64,000 nucleotides of DNA from an uncultured Gammaproteobacteria bacterium (GTDB lineage Bacteria; Patescibacteriota; Patescibacteriia; Magasanikbacterales; UBA922). The DNA is taken from the NCBI GenBank assembly GCA_964522405.1, contig CAZFTR010000004.1, positions 22,349 to 86,348 of the forward strand, written 5' to 3'. Below are positions 1-8,791 of this stretch, piece by piece (position 1 is the stretch's first letter; each line of letters opens with the position of its first letter). The position numbers and the translations under genes are program-made. The notes under the pieces were generated by a model. That model saw only the letters and a program-made list of their open reading frames with translations. It was not told the DNA's origin and did not search any database.

Positions 1-114
1 AGAAGGTTCATCAATAACTATTCCTTTGTCCTGGGTATATAAAAGTGTGTTTGCAGTACCAAGATCTATACCAATGGCCTTATTTGTGATACTTCCAAAT
101 GAAAATTTAAACAT
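1..114 (-). CDS. mreB: Rod shape-determining protein MreB, N-terminal part (runs off window)
   Basis: Manual translation MFKFSFGSITNKAIGIDLGTANTLLYTQDKGIVIDEPS; IGIDLGTANT...EPS is the MreB N-terminal signature. Confidence 0.93.
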   Translation of the reverse strand, partial: MFKFSFGSITNKAIGIDLGTANTLLYTQDKGIVIDEPS

Positions 115-146
115 AAAATTTTGTTGCGACAGGCAGCAAAATTAAT

Positions 147-1397
147 CTATTTTAAGCTATCTACTATTTTTCCCAAATCCAATAGACTAGATTGATCACC
201 GGTTCGTTCTTTTATTTCTACTGAATTTTTTTCTAAAGTCTTTGGGCTAATTACAATTCGTTTACTAATTCCAATTAAGTCGCTATCAGAAAATTTCTCA
301 CCAGGCCTAACACCATCTCGATCATCATACAGTACCTCTATACCAGCCTCAAGTAAGCTATTATAGAGCTTATTGGCCTGATCAATGTCTTTTGCTTCCC
401 TGCATAGCGAAACCAAATGCACCTTAAACGGAGAGATAGACTCTGGCCAAACAATACCATTATCGTCAGCAAAAGCTTCCACCACAACACCCATCAAACG
501 TGCTACTCCAATTCCGTAAGAGCCCATCACTACAGTTTGTTTTTGACCATTCTCATCAGTAAAATCTAATCCCAAAGGCTCTGAATATTTGGTTTTCAAA
601 CTAAATATATTTCCTACTTCAGCTGCATTTACTTCTTCTAGATCTTCTTTTTTTAAATTAAGATCTGCAATTACTTCGTCTGAGTAAACTTCTTTGTTAA
701 TAGCTATCTTCTTTGCTCTGTTCAGATAGATTGTATCTTCTCCTGCTTCAACCAAAGTTTGAAATTCATGAGAATATTTTGAGAAAGGTCCACCAGATGA
801 AAAAGTAATATAAGTTAGCTCACCAAGACCAATTTTCTCAAAAATCTTTAGATATGCATCTGAACACTGCTGATAAAATTCCTCATGTTCAGTTTCTGTA
901 CGTGAAAATGAATATAAGTCTTTCATAATAAACTCACGAGTTCTCAAGATTCCACTCTTTGCTCGAGTCTCATTTCTAAGTTTAGTTTGAAATTGATAAG
1001 CGCTAAAAGGAAGATCCTTGTATGAATTTATATATTGTAGCATAGCTCGAGTCATTGGCTCTTCATGACTCCAAGCCAAACCAAGCTGGGTTTTGTTTTT
1101 TAATTCTGTCTTAAACCAAGCATCAACACTTTCCTCTGACCAACGATCAGTTAATTTCCAAATTTCTTGATCCTGAAGAGTAGTCATAAACATCTCTTGA
1201 CCACCAATAGCATTGATTTCCTGACGTATAATATTTTTTATTTTTTCTATAACCCTTAAACCGAGTGGTAGAAAACTATAAACTCCGGCCATTTCCTTGT
1301 GTATAAAACCTGCCCGAGCCAAAAGCTGGGCATTTTTACTAATCTCGTCCTTTGGAGCTTGTTTTACTGTTTTGGTTAATAGTTTGGATTGGCGCAT
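147..1397 (-). CDS. proS: Prolyl-tRNA synthetase (short form without INS editing domain)
   Basis: MRQSKL start, FQTKLRNE.R...G.LR.REFIMKDLYSF motif 2, MGSYGIG motif 3, C-terminal anticodon-binding domain; only 416 aa. Confidence 0.95.
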   Translation of the reverse strand: MRQSKLLTKTVKQAPKDEISKNAQLLARAGFIHKEMAGVYSFLPLGLRVIEKIKNIIRQEINAIGGQEMFMTTLQDQEIWKLTDRWSEESVDAWFKTELKNKTQLGLAWSHEEPMTRAMLQYINSYKDLPFSAYQFQTKLRNETRAKSGILRTREFIMKDLYSFSRTETEHEEFYQQCSDAYLKIFEKIGLGELTYITFSSGGPFSKYSHEFQTLVEAGEDTIYLNRAKKIAINKEVYSDEVIADLNLKKEDLEEVNAAEVGNIFSLKTKYSEPLGLDFTDENGQKQTVVMGSYGIGVARLMGVVVEAFADDNGIVWPESISPFKVHLVSLCREAKDIDQANKLYNSLLEAGIEVLYDDRDGVRPGEKFSDSDLIGISKRIVISPKTLEKNSVEIKERTGDQSSLLDLGKIVDSLK

Positions 1398-1424
1398 ACA
1401 AAATCTCTAGATTTAAAAATGATT

Positions 1425-1835
1425 TTAATCATTATCGCTAAGAACAAAACTGTCCTGCTTGTTTTTAAGGGTTGCTTTAAATGATATTACTAAAATAAAA
1501 ATAAAAAATAATAGACCAAAATTCCAAATACTTAACCAATCCTTAATCTGTAAATAAAGCACAATAGTAAAAAAAATAGAAACAAAAACAGAATCTCTAA
1601 AACTCAGACTAACGTATTTGAATAAGGGCATGGCCTGTTTGGAAAAAAACTTATGAGCAAAGAAGAGTAATACTGAACTTATTCCAAGTACACTGAAAAA
1701 AACCGTTGAATAGAAAAAAGCAAAGGTTAAATTGGTTCCCTGATAAGGATCAACATTGGATATAACAAAAAACAAAGCACTTATGCAAAGCAATGTTGCC
1801 AGTCCCATTGTAAGTAAATATTGCTTTAAATTCAT
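1425..1835 (-). CDS. Four-TM membrane protein, unknown function
   Basis: 136 aa, four hydrophobic segments, host-like composition. Confidence 0.75.
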   Translation of the reverse strand: MNLKQYLLTMGLATLLCISALFFVISNVDPYQGTNLTFAFFYSTVFFSVLGISSVLLFFAHKFFSKQAMPLFKYVSLSFRDSVFVSIFFTIVLYLQIKDWLSIWNFGLLFFIFILVISFKATLKNKQDSFVLSDND

Positions 1836-1899
1836 AAAAAACAGCTTTTAGCTGTAGTGTAAGTTTACCTTGATCCTAATTATTTTGCAAGAGGATATT

Positions 1900-2199
1900 T
1901 TAGAGTAAATATCGTATTCGATCTACTTCATTTTTGCCTAATTTATCATTAACTTTTTGTACTATTGCTGACTGATTAAGACGAATCTCCTGAGCCATAC
2001 TTGAGCTGGTACAGCTTATAGTTAAAGTTCTATTTTTCAAAAAAAGCGGTTTAGCGTATATAGCTAAATCTGAACCAAACATCTCCTCCAGAACTTCTGT
2101 AGCAACCTCAATAATCTCAGCACTCTCAAGCTGTTTTTTTAATGGTGAATTTTTTCCGATTTTGTCATGCAAGGCATCACCAAGAGGAGTAAAACCCAT
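1900..2199 (-). CDS. DciA/DUF721 family protein
   Basis: L.I.C.SS..AQE.RL....IV..VN..LG...V..IR pattern typical of DUF721/DciA; start moved to ATG 2199 (MGFTPLG). Confidence 0.75.
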   Translation of the reverse strand: MGFTPLGDALHDKIGKNSPLKKQLESAEIIEVATEVLEEMFGSDLAIYAKPLFLKNRTLTISCTSSSMAQEIRLNQSAIVQKVNDKLGKNEVDRIRYLL

Positions 2200-2297
2200 A
2201 TGGTCTTCAAATAAATCAGTAAGAAAAATCAATTCAACAGTCTATAAAAAACTAAACTGCTCCATCCTAATATTTGAAATTTGCTGTACCAAAATTA

Positions 2298-2951
2298 TTA
2301 AACTCGATATAGATATACTTTACCATGTTTTTTTTCAAATTTCCAATTTGGAAAGGTAAAATCGTAAGAAACAACCACTGATCCCGGTTTCATTTCCTTT
2401 TTTATTTTTTTAGCTAATTTATCCATTTTGTGAGGAATAAAAAACAAAGTAGCCACATCAAACTTGGAAAAACTATATTTCCAAAAATTTTTTCTAATTA
2501 TTTTACCTTTTTTTCTACATTTGGCTGCAACTCTGGACTTGCTAAGCCAATAAAGATAAGGTTGTATTTCAATTCCAACGGCACTGGCACCTCTTGCTGC
2601 CGCAGCACAAACTATCCTACCATCCCCCGAGCCCACATCCAATACTGTCTTTGCTTCATCGACTTCTGCCAGATCTAACATCTCCTCCACGATTTCAATA
2701 GGTGTGCTGGCAAATGGAGCGCCACTGGCCGTTGCCTGAATTTTGAAAAATAAGATATAGAGCAATATCAATAGAAAAACAAAGAAAAGCAATATCAATA
2801 AAACAATAACAAGAAAAATTATAAAATCCTTGCTTTTAATATAAAAAAAGGCCATTCCCACTAGTAGTAAAATATCAACTAAGAGCAGAGTAAAAATTGC
2901 AATAGGTGCGTTGCTGGCTATTTTATTATCTGAAAAAAGTTTCTTTAGCAT
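2298..2951 (-). CDS. Membrane-anchored class I SAM-dependent methyltransferase (FAM173/aKMT-like)
   Basis: GAPF.ST, VLDVGSGDGR, G.EI.P.L, ..KE(M)KPG..VVS motifs; N-terminal TM helices. Confidence 0.85.
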   Translation of the reverse strand: MLKKLFSDNKIASNAPIAIFTLLLVDILLLVGMAFFYIKSKDFIIFLVIVLLILLFFVFLLILLYILFFKIQATASGAPFASTPIEIVEEMLDLAEVDEAKTVLDVGSGDGRIVCAAAARGASAVGIEIQPYLYWLSKSRVAAKCRKKGKIIRKNFWKYSFSKFDVATLFFIPHKMDKLAKKIKKEMKPGSVVVSYDFTFPNWKFEKKHGKVYLYRV

Positions 2952-2953
2952 AT

Positions 2954-3463
2954 TTAAACAATGTACAGCCTTATATTATCATCTTTTTGCTCAGCTTCCC
3001 AGTCTGGGAAGATAAAGCAATGCGAAACAATGCGAGATCCTGGTTTCATTTCTTTTTTAATCTTCTGCATAAGTTTATCCATTTTATTTGAAATAAAATA
3101 AATAAATAGTACATCAACCTCACTTAAATCTGTTTTCCAAAGATCCTCTCTAATTATCTGGGTATTTTTGGAGCCAATAAGTCGCAATCGACTATACCAG
3201 GATAAAATCGGATTAATTTCAACACCAATTGCTTTTTTAACAATAGCCTTAGTCTTTCTAATAACTCTACCATCTCCAGAACCAAGATCCATGAGTATAT
3301 CAGTCTTTCTCAGTTCAGCAATTTTAATCATTTTTTCAAGTTTTTTTGAAAGAGTGGGCACATATGGAGCAGCTTTCACAACAGCAAAGACAGTATATAT
3401 CATAAATACTGCAATAATTATCAATAGAATTGTACCAAAACTAAGTACTAATAAACTTTCCAT
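2954..3463 (-). CDS. Membrane-anchored class I SAM-dependent methyltransferase (FAM173/aKMT-like), tandem paralog
   Basis: APYVPT, MDLGSGDGR, GVEINP, KEMKPGSRIVSH.F motifs; shares NKMDKL..KIKKEMKPGS-like segment with the neighbour. Confidence 0.85.
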   Translation of the reverse strand: MESLLVLSFGTILLIIIAVFMIYTVFAVVKAAPYVPTLSKKLEKMIKIAELRKTDILMDLGSGDGRVIRKTKAIVKKAIGVEINPILSWYSRLRLIGSKNTQIIREDLWKTDLSEVDVLFIYFISNKMDKLMQKIKKEMKPGSRIVSHCFIFPDWEAEQKDDNIRLYIV

Positions 3464-3477
3464 AAATACTAAATTAG

Positions 3478-3507
3478 TTGACAGTTAAATCATTAGTTGG
3501 TTAAATT
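3478..3507 (+). promoter_or_regulatory. Sigma70-like promoter of GC islet 1
   Basis: TTGACA (3478-3483) followed after 17-18 nt by TTAAAT/TAAATT. Confidence 0.55.
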
Positions 3508-3554
3508 TACAGTATTGCATTTGCAATTTTAATCGAACGACAAGGGGGAAGGAC

Positions 3555-3935
3555 GTGCATCGCGCTTTCAGACGTGAGCATTGCTCGGCCATATACCAGG
3601 GTGATATGGAAGTCGATCTCGGTCGTCTCACCCCGAGTGAGAGATTCGGCCTAGACGTCCTGTTGCGCCTGTTTCGTGGTCGGATCAAGATGAAGGATAC
3701 GGGCATGGGAAATTCAGCATTGGTCTTCCGCCTCTCGGAACTCCGCTGCAGAATGAACTCGAGAGGGCCGGATCTACAGGATCTGACCGTGGAGACAGGT
3801 CTGAACGGTCACATCACACTCTCGACCGGTGATCCGGAATCGGCTCATCGGATGCGCGTGGACTTCAGCGAACCGCCACCGGACGGCGATCATTCGCGCC
3901 ATCGGCGCGTGTTCCCGCCTGACTGGGCCGTGTGA
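3555..3935 (+). CDS. GC-rich ORFan (islet 1), 126 aa
   Basis: GTG start preceded by AAGGGGGAAGGA; sharp GC rise relative to flanks; no recognisable motif. Confidence 0.6.
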   Translation: MHRAFRREHCSAIYQGDMEVDLGRLTPSERFGLDVLLRLFRGRIKMKDTGMGNSALVFRLSELRCRMNSRGPDLQDLTVETGLNGHITLSTGDPESAHRMRVDFSEPPPDGDHSRHRRVFPPDWAV

Positions 3936-3973
3936 GTTACCCACGGTTCTAGTCCTTCGCTGTCCAAGCATCG

Positions 3974-4004
3974 CCCCTGGCGCTGGATTTATCCACGCCA
4001 GGGG
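3974..4004. repeat. GC-rich hairpin ending islet 1 (REP-like)
   Basis: CCCCTGGCG-c-TGGAT-tt-ATCCA-CGCCAGGGG. Confidence 0.7.
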
Positions 4005-4058
4005 TTCGCCATTTATATGGGGTATATAGAGCAACTATGGCACTACTACCAAATACCA

Positions 4059-6998
4059 TTAGACACCAAACTCACAAATATCTCGATAATCACAATAACC
4101 ACAGGAAAATTTACTTGGAGCAGCCTTGAAATCTCGTTCATGTATATTATCAATTAAAGCAACCAATTTATCTCTTAATTTTTCTATTTGTTTATCTTCG
4201 CCAGTAAATTCTGCTTTTATATTATCATTGAGATACCAAAAAGTAAGTGTTCCAACCGGACCAATATTTCGATATTCCGGCAGACTCTGCGCTGCAATTT
4301 GATAAATTAAAAGCTGCTCCTTATCATCAGCAGTTAATTTCTCTTTTGATTTTCCGGTTTTATAATCAATTATATCCAAATTCCCTTCTGAATTCTGATC
4401 AATTCGGTCAATCTTACCACGAAGAAGATAATCCCCTACTTTGATTTTAAAACCACTTTCAATCTTTACTGGAACTGTCCAATTTCCTTCTTGAGCAGCA
4501 TAAAAAACTCGTAATATTTCTTTTCCTTTTTTAAAATAATCCTCTCTTTGTCTTTTTGATTTATACCAATCGCCTATCCAGGATTTCTCATAAATTTCAA
4601 GCAGTTCATCAAGTGATGGTACAGAAACTTGATCAGTTTTTTCTTTTTTGGGAGAGCTATCAAAAAGTGATCCTTGATTGGCACTGTTTAGCTCAACTAC
4701 TCTTTCGTAAAATTTCTGAAGCGTATTATGAATTGTGTTTCCAAAACTAAAGCTTGCACTTCCACGAGCTGGGATTTTTAAAATATGCTGTAATTTATAT
4801 TTATAAGGACAAGTATCATAAGTTTTAACCTGCGAAAAAGAAAAGGCCTTGGGAATTTCATATACAAATTCTGATTTCTCTTGATTGTTTTTGCTTGGTT
4901 CAGATATAACTCCACTCTCCTTACCAACGACTTGATTTCCACTATCTTCAACACCAGTCTCTCCTATAAATCTACTTGCTTTCTTTTTTCTAGCTCCACC
5001 ATAATCTATAGAGCTGACCATAAATAATCTCTTTTTTGCTCGAGTCATGGCAACATAGAACAATCTTCTCTCTTCCTGGATATGTGCATCACCTTCCGGA
5101 AGCTGCTCCCTTACTAATTGATCTGGAATCTGAATATCTCCCCCTCGTCTCCGACTTGGTATACGATCTTCAACCATGTTAACCACAAAAACATACTTGT
5201 ATTCAAGACCTTTGGACTTATGAATGGTCATAATATTAACACTGTCAGGCGTATCAACTGGCTGAAACATAATACCCTGATCTCCAGACTCGATAACTGC
5301 ATTGAAATATTCTACAAAATGAGAAACATTTGAGTCTCCAATTGCAGATTCATATTTATCAAGAAAACCAAAGAATTGCTGAAGCTGATAAATCTGGCGG
5401 ATTACTTTGCCATTTCCTTGATCTTCCTCGTGAGTTAGATACGTTAGATAGCCACTTTTTTCCAAAAAATTAAAAAGTGCACGACTGGTTTTCTCATATC
5501 TGGAATCTTTCATTCCAGAGTGAAGTAAATCAATTACTTTGTCACAAACAGCAATCCCCTCTTTTGAAACTCCAAATTGAGCTGCTCGTTTTAATGCTTC
5601 ATAATAAGTTACACTTTTTTTACCTTTTTGATGGGTTATTTTCTGCAAATCTGATTCTCTAAGCTCAAGAAAGGGCATTTTCAACAATCTAAATATGCCA
5701 TGCTGTTCATGATAATTATTTATAGATCGTAGAAAACTCATGCAATCAAGTACAATTGGCTGGCGATAAAGCCCGGCTGAAGCAATATATTCATAAGGAA
5801 TCTTTGCTGACTCAAGCGCATTTACAAATGGCTCAACATGACTGTTGGCTCGAACCAAAATTGCAAAATCATCCCAAACAGCTTCTTTATCCTGCTCTTT
5901 TATCTCAACAATTTTCTCAAGCACTCCTCTAGCCTCATTTTCAAGCTTATCAAAACATAGATGCTGTACTTTTTGAACTTGGTTTTTCTCGCTATTAATT
6001 TTTGAAACTAATTTTTTATCAATTTTCAATTTCTCTTCCAATCTATCTGGATTGTTGTTTTGAATAAGCTCATAAGCTGAATCAAGAATCTCCTGAGCTG
6101 AGCGATAATTTTCAGTTAAAACAATTTCTTTGGCTTTTGGATAATCATCTTTGAAACGCATGATATTACTAACACTGGCTCCACGAAAGGCATAGACACT
6201 CTGATCATCGTCACCTACCACAGTTAATTTTGAATTTTCAGCCAGTAATTTAACAAATTCGTACTGAGCATAATTAACATCTTGAAATTCATCTACCAGA
6301 ATATACTTATATTGATTTTGTAATTGCTTTTTAATATTTTCTCTATCTTGTAAGAGTTTAACTGTATAAAAAATTAGGTCACCAAAATCTAAAGCATTTT
6401 TATCTAATAATAATTGATTGTACCTGTGATAAGCGCTTGCAATTTCAGTAAGTCTGGTTTTTTCATCCATACTTGCTGAATCTTTTTCTAACTTCAATTC
6501 CTCTGCATAATCCAGATATTCTTGCGGTGTGATAAGTTCATCTTTGCATTTTGAAAAATGCTTGAGAAAACCATGAATATTTTTCATTGGATTTCCAAGA
6601 GGTCGATAATAATCCAACTCAAAATCATACAGGTGTTCGCGCATCAAGAGCCAAGCCTCTGTATCTGAAACTAATTTAAATTCATTTGGCAAACCAATAT
6701 TCAAACCATAATGTTCAAGAATTCTTTGGCAAAATCCATGAAAGGTTGAGATTTGCACGTCAGTATAGCCAGTATCAAGTAACTGATCCACTCGCTCTTG
6801 CATCTCATTAGCTGCGTTTTCATTGAAAGCCAGTGCCAAAATTTCTTCTGGTTTAGCCAGACCCCTTTTTACAATATCTGCAATTTTTTCAGTAATTACA
6901 GTGGTTTTTCCAGTTCCTGCTCCGGCAATAATAAGGAGTGGACCGTCATGGTATTCAACAGCTTGTTTTTGTGATTTGTTTAGCGATTTTTCAGCCAT
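4059..6998 (-). CDS. UvrD/PcrA-family SF1 helicase fused to C-terminal PD-(D/E)xK nuclease (AdnAB/AddA-like)
   Basis: AGAGTGKT, VDEFQD, VGDDDQS.Y.FRGA, MTIHKSKGLE, EERRLFYVAMTRA; C-terminal CPY.Y, GKIDRID, DYKTG, C..C.....C (Fe-S type Cys). Confidence 0.92.
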   Translation of the reverse strand: MAEKSLNKSQKQAVEYHDGPLLIIAGAGTGKTTVITEKIADIVKRGLAKPEEILALAFNENAANEMQERVDQLLDTGYTDVQISTFHGFCQRILEHYGLNIGLPNEFKLVSDTEAWLLMREHLYDFELDYYRPLGNPMKNIHGFLKHFSKCKDELITPQEYLDYAEELKLEKDSASMDEKTRLTEIASAYHRYNQLLLDKNALDFGDLIFYTVKLLQDRENIKKQLQNQYKYILVDEFQDVNYAQYEFVKLLAENSKLTVVGDDDQSVYAFRGASVSNIMRFKDDYPKAKEIVLTENYRSAQEILDSAYELIQNNNPDRLEEKLKIDKKLVSKINSEKNQVQKVQHLCFDKLENEARGVLEKIVEIKEQDKEAVWDDFAILVRANSHVEPFVNALESAKIPYEYIASAGLYRQPIVLDCMSFLRSINNYHEQHGIFRLLKMPFLELRESDLQKITHQKGKKSVTYYEALKRAAQFGVSKEGIAVCDKVIDLLHSGMKDSRYEKTSRALFNFLEKSGYLTYLTHEEDQGNGKVIRQIYQLQQFFGFLDKYESAIGDSNVSHFVEYFNAVIESGDQGIMFQPVDTPDSVNIMTIHKSKGLEYKYVFVVNMVEDRIPSRRRGGDIQIPDQLVREQLPEGDAHIQEERRLFYVAMTRAKKRLFMVSSIDYGGARKKKASRFIGETGVEDSGNQVVGKESGVISEPSKNNQEKSEFVYEIPKAFSFSQVKTYDTCPYKYKLQHILKIPARGSASFSFGNTIHNTLQKFYERVVELNSANQGSLFDSSPKKEKTDQVSVPSLDELLEIYEKSWIGDWYKSKRQREDYFKKGKEILRVFYAAQEGNWTVPVKIESGFKIKVGDYLLRGKIDRIDQNSEGNLDIIDYKTGKSKEKLTADDKEQLLIYQIAAQSLPEYRNIGPVGTLTFWYLNDNIKAEFTGEDKQIEKLRDKLVALIDNIHERDFKAAPSKFSCGYCDYRDICEFGV

Positions 6999-7095
6999 AT
7001 TCTCTACTTTATATGTTTAATTGTAGCAGATAGAAGAGCAGGAATCAAAAACTGCTTTTTTATAACTTAAATTAGCCAAATTTAATTAAGAAATA

Positions 7096-7124
7096 TTGAC
7101 AAAAGCACTAAAATATGCTATACT
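7096..7124 (+). promoter_or_regulatory. Near-consensus sigma70 promoter of GC islet 2
   Basis: TTGACA-17 nt-TATACT with extended -10 TG. Confidence 0.8.
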
Positions 7125-7148
7125 TTTTTGTTCGTTCGTCAAAGGAAA

Positions 7149-7661
7149 ATGCTAGTGAACAGATCAGATCGCGGCTGGACTGCCGCCTTCACGGTCGGGA
7201 GCTTGCTCCTGATCGCGATGCTCGTTGTGGACTACACGGTTCATGACCTTAAAATGAGAGAGCTGCACCAGGCCGTCGTCACGGACTTCGACGAGTTGGT
7301 GCCGGGCATGTGCTACGGCATGGAGATCGAGAGCGGCAAGTTCCAGGTGGTCTGCATCCACCAGTCGCGGAACTGCCCGGACCCCAAGTCCGACGACTAC
7401 GGCGTGGTCAAGCCAAGCGAGTGCCGCCTCGAACGCCCCGAATGCATCGAGTCGGCCAAGGTCACCGAGTTCGGCGCCCTGCAGTACCCTCAGTGGGTGG
7501 TGGTTGGCGAGAGCTACGAGATCTCGGGAAGCCGCCACACCCTCGACCTCGACGACCAGGACTACTGCGTGTTCACGCCCCACAAGTGGCCTGAGCCGTC
7601 CGACGAGTGGGAGTGGCAGGACGTCATCGAGGACACCGGGGACTCCCCCGACGCGCAATAG
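7149..7661 (+). CDS. GC-rich ORFan (islet 2), single N-terminal TM, Cys-containing extracellular domain
   Basis: AAGGA then ATG 7149; strong G/C at third codon positions (7321-7380 is 38/60 GC vs 13/60 at 6361-6420); TM AAFTVGSLLLIAMLVV; six Cys. Confidence 0.75.
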   Translation: MLVNRSDRGWTAAFTVGSLLLIAMLVVDYTVHDLKMRELHQAVVTDFDELVPGMCYGMEIESGKFQVVCIHQSRNCPDPKSDDYGVVKPSECRLERPECIESAKVTEFGALQYPQWVVVGESYEISGSRHTLDLDDQDYCVFTPHKWPEPSDEWEWQDVIEDTGDSPDAQ

Positions 7662-7726
7662 CGCAATCCGGCATCCTGCCGGGGCAGCGCGAGATGTGCG
7701 AGATTTTGACGACGAACGACGCCGCC

Positions 7727-7780
7727 CATCCCGAACTGCTTGAGCATCTAAAATCTGGAAATTCAAGCGGAGGCGGGATG
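7727..7780. repeat. Imperfect GC-rich hairpin ending islet 2
   Basis: CATCCCG-aa-CTGCTTGA ... TCAAGCGG-agg-CGGGATG. Confidence 0.55.
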
Positions 7781-7793
7781 TGCCGCTTAATTT

Positions 7794-7820
7794 AAAAATC
7801 CTACTCATTGTAGGATTTTT
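7794..7820. terminator. Bidirectional intrinsic terminator
   Basis: AAAAATCCTAC-tcatt-GTAGGATTTTT between convergent genes. Confidence 0.8.
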
Positions 7821-7836
7821 ATTTTGTATGAATTTG

Positions 7837-8601
7837 TTATCTTCTAGTATCTTCTCCGAGTAAAACTCTATCTACGAATTTCTTTATAAGTGAATTGGAG
7901 TCTGGTGTTGGCTTGGCATTTTCAGCAATTTGTCTAAGCTCTTCTGCTGCTGATTCATCAGAATAATACCTGTCTACATATCTGGTAATTCTAGCTATCA
8001 GGTCTTGATCATCCACTTCTGGATGAAACTGTGTTGCATAAAACGGCTTGTCTTTTAGCTTTATGGCATGGATCGGACATTTCTCACTCGAAGCCAGAAG
8101 TATAGCTCCATCTGGAATTGACTCTGCCCTCTCCCTATGACCTGACACTGCTTGAAAACCATCTGGAATATCATGAAAAAGTAAATCTTTGTTAGCTTCT
8201 TCTGTTTTCTTGATTGGATAGGTACCCATTTCCATATTTTCTTCATCAACAATAACTTTTTTTCCAAGAGCTTCGGTAACACACTGAAAACCAAAACAAG
8301 AAGCAAAAACCGGAATTGAATTATCTGCACAATATTTTATTAATTTTTTGGAAGACTCTACAAATGGATATTTCTCCGGTTGAATAACTGAAGCATCACT
8401 TGAGCCACCAACAAAAAGTGCATCATAACCAGCGATAATATCTGATTCAAATTCTGGAGTATCAAAAACATTCAAAATAGTGAATTGATTTTTATCTAAT
8501 TCACTATACCTAACAAATTCTTCAAATTCTTCATTCTTTGTTACTTCATCATCACGAATTTGCATGTATAGAATTTTTAAATCTCCTCTTTTTTTATTCA
8601 T
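7837..8601 (-). CDS. Class I glutamine amidotransferase-like protein (GATase1/GuaA-like, stand-alone)
   Basis: Catalytic ASCFGFQ and QFHPE motifs. Confidence 0.9.
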   Translation of the reverse strand: MNKKRGDLKILYMQIRDDEVTKNEEFEEFVRYSELDKNQFTILNVFDTPEFESDIIAGYDALFVGGSSDASVIQPEKYPFVESSKKLIKYCADNSIPVFASCFGFQCVTEALGKKVIVDEENMEMGTYPIKKTEEANKDLLFHDIPDGFQAVSGHRERAESIPDGAILLASSEKCPIHAIKLKDKPFYATQFHPEVDDQDLIARITRYVDRYYSDESAAEELRQIAENAKPTPDSNSLIKKFVDRVLLGEDTRR

Positions 8602-8611
8602 ATTTTTGACA

Positions 8612-8639
8612 TTAATAAACCCCGCTTTTTGCGGGGTCT
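8612..8639 (-). terminator. Attenuator terminator upstream of the GATase gene
   Basis: - strand AGACCCCGC-AAAAA-GCGGGGTTT-ATTAAT, ending about 10 nt before the ATG at 8601. Confidence 0.7.
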
Positions 8640-8656
8640 TTTTTATTTAGGTAGAG

Positions 8657-8740
8657 TTATGATTTAGACACCGCAAAATTATCATGGTTGACCACCACTA
8701 CAGTCAGGTTCAGAATAATACTATTTTTAGCTAAATTCAT
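8657..8740 (-). CDS. Putative attenuation leader peptide (27 aa, Val/Ile/Leu-rich)
   Basis: MNLAKNSIILNLTVVVVNHDNFAVSKS*; VVVV run; 3' part TTTTGCGGTGTCT is complementary (1 mismatch) to the terminator 5' arm and loop AGACCCCGCAAAA. Confidence 0.65.
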   Translation of the reverse strand: MNLAKNSIILNLTVVVVNHDNFAVSKS

Positions 8741-8749
8741 ATTATATTC

Positions 8750-8778
8750 AGATTATCAGAGATTAACTTAGCTGTCAA
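8750..8778 (-). promoter_or_regulatory. Sigma70 promoter for the leader peptide/GATase unit
   Basis: - strand TTGACA (8778-8773)-17 nt-TAATCT with extended TG. Confidence 0.65.
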
Positions 8779-8791
8779 ATTATGACTAAAT

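Noticed and set aside
7164-7808. Long overlapping and antisense ORFs in the islets (e.g. 7164-7808 -, 13362-13844 +, 25311-25655 -, 11022-11462 +)
   Set aside because: Expected shadows in GC-rich DNA with few stop codons; they lack the promoter, SD and third-position GC pattern that the chosen frames have
8612-8745. Purine riboswitch upstream of the GuaA-like gene
   Set aside because: The conserved purine aptamer core is not present; a leader peptide with antiterminator explains the region better
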